This document shows, in pieces, positions 57,681 to 64,000 of a DNA stretch of 64,000 nt. Every line of letters starts with the position of its first letter. The first letter of the stretch is position 1. The position numbers and the translations under genes were made by a program. The stretch spans positions 8,509-72,508 of the forward strand of contig JANNWY010000033.1 in NCBI GenBank assembly GCA_031409335.1. Direction: 5' to 3'. This stretch comes from Chthoniobacteraceae bacterium (GTDB lineage Bacteria > Verrucomicrobiota > Verrucomicrobiia > Chthoniobacterales > Chthoniobacteraceae). The notes under the pieces were generated by a model. That model saw only the letters and a list, made by a program, of their open reading frames with translations, made no database searches and was not told the origin of the DNA.

Positions 57681-58241
57681 TCAACGAGCTGGCTTAATTT
57701 CCTCGTAACGATCGTAGAAAAGCGGGGCAAAAGGCGTTTGGTCTTTGCGCAGAACGAAGCCATTGACATGCGCCACGTTCTTCGGAGCACCTGGCTTGAA
57801 CGACTGGGTCTGATCGAGCTTCTGCCCCTGGCGCAGCACATCGACCCACACATTTTCAATGCTGCTCGCCGTGAGCGCCTTTCCTCCGGTGAGCTGCTTG
57901 ATCGCCTTCGGCGAAACATACATCACCGCAAAATGTTCCCGATCCTTTGCGATCGCGACATAGGTGACTTCGCCATCGAGCAGTTTACCTTCGATTTGAA
58001 GCGTGTATTTGAAAGTGAGCTCGTCAATGTCAACCTTGGTTTCGTATTCCACCTCGACTTCGAGCCAGTCGGCATTCTTCGAGCGTTTCGCTGGTCCGCT
58101 GCTCAGCGTGAATTCCGGCGTCTTCACCACTGCCGGCTGTACTTTGCCGAGCTTGACGGAACCAGGCCCGACCGGAGCCTGGCCAAATGACTGCGCACCG
58201 AAGAGGGCAACAGCGACAAGGGAAACAAGGATGATTTTCAT
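57681..58241 (-). CDS. Amuc_1102-like secreted protein
   Basis: Signal peptide; WLEVEVE...TPFAPL.YDRYEE; first gene of the locus. Confidence 0.75.
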   Translation of the reverse strand: MKIILVSLVAVALFGAQSFGQAPVGPGSVKLGKVQPAVVKTPEFTLSSGPAKRSKNADWLEVEVEYETKVDIDELTFKYTLQIEGKLLDGEVTYVAIAKDREHFAVMYVSPKAIKQLTGGKALTASSIENVWVDVLRQGQKLDQTQSFKPGAPKNVAHVNGFVLRKDQTPFAPLFYDRYEEIKPAR

Positions 58242-58333
58242 AAGAGAAATTTCTTTGGAAGAAAACTTTTCACTGGGGATTCGCTCTTGTGGGCGAATTG
58301 TTTTTTGTTTGAAAGGAAAAACTTTGCGACTTC

Positions 58334-59290
58334 TCAATTTATGCGCGTTCGGAAGAATTCAATCGTTTCGCGGATGCCTTCTTCAAACGCCACTTTCGGC
58401 TCCCAGCCAAGCACCGCGCGGGCTCGCGTGATGTCGGGCTGACGCACTTTCGGATCATCGACCGGCAGCGGACGATATTCGATTTTGGACGCCGCGCCGG
58501 TGATGCGGATGATCTCCTCGGCGAATTGTTTGATCGTCATCTCGCGCGGATTTCCGATGTTCACCGGCTCGTGAAAATCGGCGCGCGAAAGGCGGAAGAT
58601 TCCGTCGATCAAATCCGAGCAATAACAGAACGAACGCGTCTGCGAACCGTCGCCAAAAATGGTCAGCGGCACGCCCGTCAGCGCCTGGCCGATGAAGGCC
58701 GGCACCACGCGCCCATCGCGCAGCCGCATCCGCGGGCCGTAGGTATTGAAGATGCGGACGATGTGCGTGTTCACGCCGTGGTAGCGGTGATACGCCATCG
58801 TGATCGCCTCCGCGAAGCGCTTCGCCTCATCGTAAACTCCGCGCGGCCCGATCGGGTTCACGTTGCCCCAATAGTCTTCCTTCTGCGGATGCACCAGCGG
58901 ATCGCCGTAGCACTCGCTCGTGCTCGCGAGCAGAAACGCCGCGCCCTTGTCCTTCGCCAAGCCAAGCGCATTGTGCGTCCCCAACGAGCCGACTTTCAGC
59001 GTCGGGATCGGATGCTCCAAATAATCGATCGGCGACGCCGGCGACGCGAAGTGAAAAATGAAATCCACGTCGTCCGGCAGGAAGATGTAAGTGGAAACAT
59101 CGTGCTTGATGAACCGGTAATTTTCATTCCCCGCGAGGTGCTCGATGTTCGCGACATTCCCGGTGATGAAGTTGTCGATTCCGATCACGCGGTGACCTTC
59201 CAACAACAACCGATCCGAGAGATGCGAACCAAGAAATCCCGCGCCTCCCGTGACGACGGAAATGGGTTGGGAAGATGAGCGTTTGAACAT
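58334..59290 (-). CDS. UDP-glucuronate decarboxylase (extended SDR)
   Basis: [50 protein letters not shown]. Confidence 0.92.
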   Translation of the reverse strand: MFKRSSSQPISVVTGGAGFLGSHLSDRLLLEGHRVIGIDNFITGNVANIEHLAGNENYRFIKHDVSTYIFLPDDVDFIFHFASPASPIDYLEHPIPTLKVGSLGTHNALGLAKDKGAAFLLASTSECYGDPLVHPQKEDYWGNVNPIGPRGVYDEAKRFAEAITMAYHRYHGVNTHIVRIFNTYGPRMRLRDGRVVPAFIGQALTGVPLTIFGDGSQTRSFCYCSDLIDGIFRLSRADFHEPVNIGNPREMTIKQFAEEIIRITGAASKIEYRPLPVDDPKVRQPDITRARAVLGWEPKVAFEEGIRETIEFFRTRIN

Positions 59291-59382
59291 TGGCAGCGGG
59301 CTTCTAAACGACGCGCCGCGCATGTGGCAATGCCGAATCGAACAATGTTGCCGCACCCGCCGCCGCCTGCTTCCCTCCGCCC

Positions 59383-60504
59383 ATGACTGACGCCTCCCCC
59401 GCCCCACCGCGCGTCGTCTCGCTCGACGCCATGCGCGGCTTCACCATGCTCTGGATCGTCGGCGGCGGCGGACTCGCCAAGGCAATGAAAGCATTTGGCG
59501 ACGGGCAACCCGCGCAGTTTCTCGCCGCGCAATTCGAGCACGCGCAATGGGAGGGCTTCCGCTTCGAGGATCTCATCTTCCCCATGTTCGTCTTCATCGC
59601 CGGCGCGTCCCTCGTCTTCTCACTCACCCGCATCGTCGCCCGCGAAAACCGCGCCCTCGCCGCGCGCCGGATCATCGTCCGCGCCCTCGTCCTCTTCGCC
59701 CTCGGCGTCATTTACAACGGCGGCTGGTCGAACGGATTTGAAAACGTCCGCTGGCTCGGCGTCCTCCAGCGCATCGCCCTCGCCTACCTCGGCGCGGGAA
59801 TGCTCTTCCTTTTTCTGAAACCGCGCGGCCTCCTCGTCGCGCTCATCGCCCTCCTCGCGGGGTATTGGGCCTTGCTCACTTTCGTGCCGGTGCCCGGCGT
59901 CGGCGCGGGCCATTTCGCGGAACGCCAGAATCTCTCGGACTATTTCGACAGCCAGTATTTGCCGGGGAGGAAATACAACGGCGATCACGACCCGGAAGGC
60001 CTCCTCAGCACCCTCCCCGCCATCGCCACCTGTCTGCTCGGCGTCTTCGCCGGATTCCTTTTGCAAAGCAACACCTCCGCGGGAAAAAAAGTCGCGTACT
60101 TCCTCGCCAGCGGCCTCGCCCTCATCGCCGCCGCGTACGCGTGGGACGCCGCCGGATTCCCCATCATCAAAAAAATCTGGACCTCCTCCTACGTCCTCCT
60201 CGCCGCCGGCTGGAGCGCCATCCTGCTCGGCATCTTTTACGGAGTCATCGACATCCTCGGCGCGCGCCGCTTGGCCGCGCCCTTCATCTGGATCGGCATG
60301 AATCCCATCACGCTCTACTTCGTCGCCAACCTCGTCGATCTCTCCAAACTCTCCCTGCGCTTCACCGGCGGCGACATCCAAAAATTCCTCAACACCACCC
60401 TCCACCCCGGCACCGGCGAACTCCTCACCGCCCTCACCGGCATGACTTTCAGCATCCTGCTCGCGGGATTCCTCTACCGGCGGAAAATCTTCCTCCGCGT
60501 GTAG
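59383..60504 (+). CDS. Membrane acyltransferase (HGSNAT/NagX-like)
   Basis: [44 protein letters not shown]. Confidence 0.88.
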   Translation: MTDASPAPPRVVSLDAMRGFTMLWIVGGGGLAKAMKAFGDGQPAQFLAAQFEHAQWEGFRFEDLIFPMFVFIAGASLVFSLTRIVARENRALAARRIIVRALVLFALGVIYNGGWSNGFENVRWLGVLQRIALAYLGAGMLFLFLKPRGLLVALIALLAGYWALLTFVPVPGVGAGHFAERQNLSDYFDSQYLPGRKYNGDHDPEGLLSTLPAIATCLLGVFAGFLLQSNTSAGKKVAYFLASGLALIAAAYAWDAAGFPIIKKIWTSSYVLLAAGWSAILLGIFYGVIDILGARRLAAPFIWIGMNPITLYFVANLVDLSKLSLRFTGGDIQKFLNTTLHPGTGELLTALTGMTFSILLAGFLYRRKIFLRV

Positions 60505-60648
60505 GCCGCGCCCGCGTTGCCGTTGCACGCGCTCTGCAACGAGTGGCCGGAATCGACGCCTTTCTTCCTCCCCTCGAATGCGGGTCGTCCCGCTTCGGAT
60601 TCATCCTGGCGTGATTGTCGTTATCCTAAATCCGGCGATGTGATTTAA

Positions 60649-60798
60649 AACGCAGAGACGCAGAGGCGCAGAGATCGCAGAGGAAGGAACCAAACGCACC
60701 TCCCAGGACGCTCACCCATCGGGTAAAGCCATCCGCCGCCTCGATTCCGCTCTCACTCTGCGTCCTCTGCGTCCTCTGCGTCTTTGCGTCTCTGCGTT
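60649..60798. repeat. Inverted arrays of CGCAGAG / CTCTGCG short repeats
   Basis: AACGCAGAGACGCAGAGGCGCAGAGATCGCAGAG (60649-60682) versus CTCTGCG units ending in CTCTGCGTT (60756-60798). Confidence 0.85.
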
Positions 60799-61060
60799 AA
60801 AAATCCCAATCCCGCTTTCAGATTATACGACTTACACTCTGGATCGCTCCCGACAAGAGAGGGTGTTTCCATCCGGTGGAGAGGGTAAAGTGGAGACGGA
60901 AATCGGATCGCGGACGGACAGCCATTCCGTGGCAAAGCTGGGTGCGTAAAAGGCTTGGGAAGCTCTGGAATAAAGCCAAAGAATCCGCCGTCGTCGGAAA
61001 AACAGAACGGCTCCGGGATAACTCCCCGGAGCCGCTCAAGTTGATGCTTTGCGGATGTGC

Positions 61061-64000
61061 CTAGCTTCGGCGCACGCGGCGGCCCAGCAGGCCGAGCACA
61101 CCTAGGACGAGCAAGCTGACCGAGCCAGGCTCGGGAACCGCTTGCGTAGAACCCCCGCCAAGGAGGGCAGCTTCCGGCGAGGGTGGCGGCAGTCCTCCGC
61201 CGAGATTGACCACTCCACCGGCACCGATCGTAAGGGAACCGATGGAATTAACTCCGGGACCATTGATATCCAAGATACCGTCCACATAGACGTGATCCGC
61301 CCCATTGATCGAGTTGATATCCAGCGTCCCACCCGCGTCAACGTCAACGTTGTTCGAGAATTCGAACGACCAGAAACCTGCCTGGCCAACATCTCCCGGA
61401 TTGACGACACCAATCGCTAGATTCGGTATGCCCGCGCGCCCCTCAAGGCTGGAACCACCGCCAGTGTCTTCCACGGCAATCCCGATGCGGTAGGTCTGCC
61501 CAGCAACCAATGTCGCAGTGCCGACCGGGCCGTCACCACAGCAGCCGCCTTGGGCGACTAACTCGTTGCCGGCGGAGCCCGCTGCCTCAAACAAACCGTT
61601 TTGGTTCAGATCGACCCAGAAGCCAGCCGTGTCATCCACGATGCCGGTCTGCGCAGAATAAAGGCCGGAGACTGGCGCGGTGAAACTTCCGAAGAAACCC
61701 ATGCTGAAGCGCTGCCCGGTGTTGACGCCACCAAAGAACGTCGAGATGACACCATCGGCTGCTCCCTGGCCGCCAAACGACAGGGCGCTGGAAAGAGTTG
61801 CCTCAACCGCCGGCAGGCTGGCAATCGCGTTGATGCCCGCTTCGCTATTTCCTGGATAGAGCGAACCCCCAGAACCCGTGTCAAGGAAGCGGCCCAGCAG
61901 GACATTCGGAACGTCCGCTCTTGGCGTGAAGGTGACCAAGCTGGCAAGATTCACCGCTCCGCCCGACGCCACGCGAATGGTGCCGCCATTGACGTTAATC
62001 GGCCCGGATACGGGTCCAGTGCCGAATTGCAATACCGCGTCCGTGCCAGTCGGTGCTACTGAGGATATGGATACAGTGGTTGAGCCAGACGATAGATTTC
62101 CGGCGACCGCGAGCGTGCCAGAAGTCACCGCGACAGACGCCAGATTGATACTTGCCGCCTGAACCGTGCCGCCATTCGAGACCAAGTTACCGGCCCCGGT
62201 GACTCCACCGCTGAGATCAAGAATGTAGTTGTTGCTTGCGTTCGCTGTCAGCGTTCGGCCAACTCCGACAGTGACGAGGCTAGTCGCGGAAACCAACTGC
62301 CCATCCACTGCGCCGCATCCGAAGTTGCCCGCGGAGATTGTGGCATTGCCGGAAAGGGTCACCAGATTTGAGAAGCTGGCCGAACCCGCATAGTTGCTGC
62401 TCAAGGCCAGCCGCCCGTTATTCAAGTTGATCCCCGCAGCCCCGAAGGGGTTGATCGCAGCTATATTTGAGTCACCGAAGACGCCGAGGATGGTGCCGCC
62501 GCCACTGGCGTTCAAAGAATTGCCGACACCGGTGAGCTGTGCCGCGTTCGGTACCGTCAGAGCTAAGATGCCAGGACCGGATTCATTGATCGTGATCCCA
62601 GTATTTCCGTTGATTTGCTGCAAGTTCACGGTGCCAGCTCCCGTGTAGGTGTAAGTCCCCGCCGCGAGTGTGGCGCTCGCGAAGCCAACTTTCCCGGCAG
62701 TCGTGGTGAGCGTCGTGCCTGGGGTTTGCACTAACTGACCCAGGGCAACCGTGGCACCGCGCGGATCGATGGTGCCATTGGCGATGAGGTTCACCGCACT
62801 GGTCGGATCATTATACGATCGCGACTCCAAAACGCTATTCGGCAGGATTTGCCGGCCGATACCGGGACCTTCCCATTCCACCGTCAGACTGTGCCCGCCA
62901 CCACCTTCGTAAAAACCAATGTCGATATCGTGATTGCCTGCCGTGAGAGTCACGGTTCCGGCTACTTCCGTCCTGCCTTGGTAGCGATTGTTGCTCACGA
63001 TTTTCGCACCGTCGATGAACAGCATACTGCCATCGTCGCTCGACGTCCGAAACGTGTAACTACCGTTGGCCGGAATTACGATCTGGCCGGACATGCGGGA
63101 CACGATGTTGTGGACCGACGTGAATCCAAGCGGGCCGAACATCGGATCGTTCTCGCCACTTTGGAAGTCCAAGCGTGCGACCCCATTATTATTAGTCTGG
63201 GCTTCAAAAGCAGATGTCTGGGCGTCGAAAAAGGAATCGTAGTTTATGAATGTGTTGGCAGGAATATCCGGGCCAGCGAAGGCGTCATGGGCACCGCCGT
63301 CGATGCCGGTGTAGAATTGACCGAACAAACCCGTGTTGAAGAATTGCAACGTTGCCGCACCCAGCGTGATAGCGCCGGTGCCGACGGACCCAGGCCTAAT
63401 CTCCAGCGTGCCTGAGCTGACTGTCACGCCGCCGGTGAATGTGCTTGTGCCTCCGAGCCTTAGCGTGCCCGTACCCTGTTTGACGAGACTGCCCACCGAA
63501 CTTGGTGCCGCCTGGGTGATCGAGCCGGAGAACGTCGCGTTGGCCGAGCCGGTGAGTGTGAGCACGGATGGGTCGGTGCCATTCCCCAGCACGACGACGG
63601 AACCGTCAGCACCGGACGAAGCCAGGGAAGCCATCGTCGGCGCGCTGGTTTTCAGGTTGAGCGTTGCAGTCGTAGTCCCAGCTTTTGTCAGGACATTCAA
63701 TCCTTGGAACGTTCCATTGGAAGTGCTGTTGATGATCCCGCCGACCTCGACTGTGCCTGAGCCGGTCGCGGTGCCTGAGAGGCTTAATTCATAGTCGTTC
63801 GCCGTCGTCAAGATCAGCGTCCTGCCTGCCCCGAGATTGATGTTCCCAGGCACCGTGACCACGATGTGATCTCCGGGCGTGCCAGCCGCCCCGCTGCCAA
63901 GTTGCTTGGCACCCAAGACGCCTCCGTTCGCAAAGTCCGGCATCGGTGTGTAGGTTTTATCGAAGCTATCGATGCTGCTGAGGACCACGCCTCCACCGTT
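61061..64000 (-). CDS. Large beta-strand-repeat protein with PA14-like domains and PEP-CTERM (5' partial)
   Basis: LVKQGTGTL.L.G..TFTG...V..GTL repeat; SDDGSMLFIDG...FYEGGGG (PA14); VPEPGS + TM + RRVRR. Confidence 0.88.
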   Translation of the reverse strand, partial: NGGGVVLSSIDSFDKTYTPMPDFANGGVLGAKQLGSGAAGTPGDHIVVTVPGNINLGAGRTLILTTANDYELSLSGTATGSGTVEVGGIINSTSNGTFQGLNVLTKAGTTTATLNLKTSAPTMASLASSGADGSVVVLGNGTDPSVLTLTGSANATFSGSITQAAPSSVGSLVKQGTGTLRLGGTSTFTGGVTVSSGTLEIRPGSVGTGAITLGAATLQFFNTGLFGQFYTGIDGGAHDAFAGPDIPANTFINYDSFFDAQTSAFEAQTNNNGVARLDFQSGENDPMFGPLGFTSVHNIVSRMSGQIVIPANGSYTFRTSSDDGSMLFIDGAKIVSNNRYQGRTEVAGTVTLTAGNHDIDIGFYEGGGGHSLTVEWEGPGIGRQILPNSVLESRSYNDPTSAVNLIANGTIDPRGATVALGQLVQTPGTTLTTTAGKVGFASATLAAGTYTYTGAGTVNLQQINGNTGITINESGPGILALTVPNAAQLTGVGNSLNASGGGTILGVFGDSNIAAINPFGAAGINLNNGRLALSSNYAGSASFSNLVTLSGNATISAGNFGCGAVDGQLVSATSLVTVGVGRTLTANASNNYILDLSGGVTGAGNLVSNGGTVQAASINLASVAVTSGTLAVAGNLSSGSTTVSISSVAPTGTDAVLQFGTGPVSGPINVNGGTIRVASGGAVNLASLVTFTPRADVPNVLLGRFLDTGSGGSLYPGNSEAGINAIASLPAVEATLSSALSFGGQGAADGVISTFFGGVNTGQRFSMGFFGSFTAPVSGLYSAQTGIVDDTAGFWVDLNQNGLFEAAGSAGNELVAQGGCCGDGPVGTATLVAGQTYRIGIAVEDTGGGSSLEGRAGIPNLAIGVVNPGDVGQAGFWSFEFSNNVDVDAGGTLDINSINGADHVYVDGILDINGPGVNSIGSLTIGAGGVVNLGGGLPPPSPEAALLGGGSTQAVPEPGSVSLLVLGVLGLLGRRVRRS

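Overview
GC-rich bacterial window, most likely Verrucomicrobiota (inferred from the Amuc_1098-1102-like pilus locus, three PEP-CTERM proteins and a Calx-beta giant protein). It has five parts. (1) 1-10 kb: the 3' part of a Calx-beta surface protein, then a mosaic bounded by AAAGGGGTC/GACCCCTTT motifs. The mosaic holds the two ends of a broken Y1/HUH (RAYT-like) transposase, a PEP-CTERM gene, two headless copies of the neighbouring gene's C-terminal domain, an RHS fragment, a small lipoprotein, and an intact IS256 inserted into one of the repeats. (2) 10-13 kb: moaE/moaD, a HAD hydrolase and hypotheticals. (3) 13.3-38.9 kb: a ~25 kb island resembling a phosphate-starvation module: TpsB, DUF2341-LamG-ExbB, two ExbD, TonB-like protein, putative porin, coiled-coil protein, ~4000-aa DUF3739 TpsA and SEL1 protein, facing a PEP-CTERM + PstS/DING-like operon and a PhoB-like regulator. 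Five Pho-box-like 11-bp-periodic arrays lie in its intergenic regions. (4) 38.9-48.2 kb: a GAP1-N2 / large membrane protein / GYF_2 operon, then a leader-peptide attenuator upstream of a small ORF, an EamA transporter and a hydrolase. (5) 48.2-64 kb: rnd, rho, coaE, the Amuc_1098-1102-like pilus/secretin operon, a UDP-glucuronate decarboxylase, an acyltransferase and a partial PA14/PEP-CTERM protein. Family calls come from motif recognition only; no searches were run.
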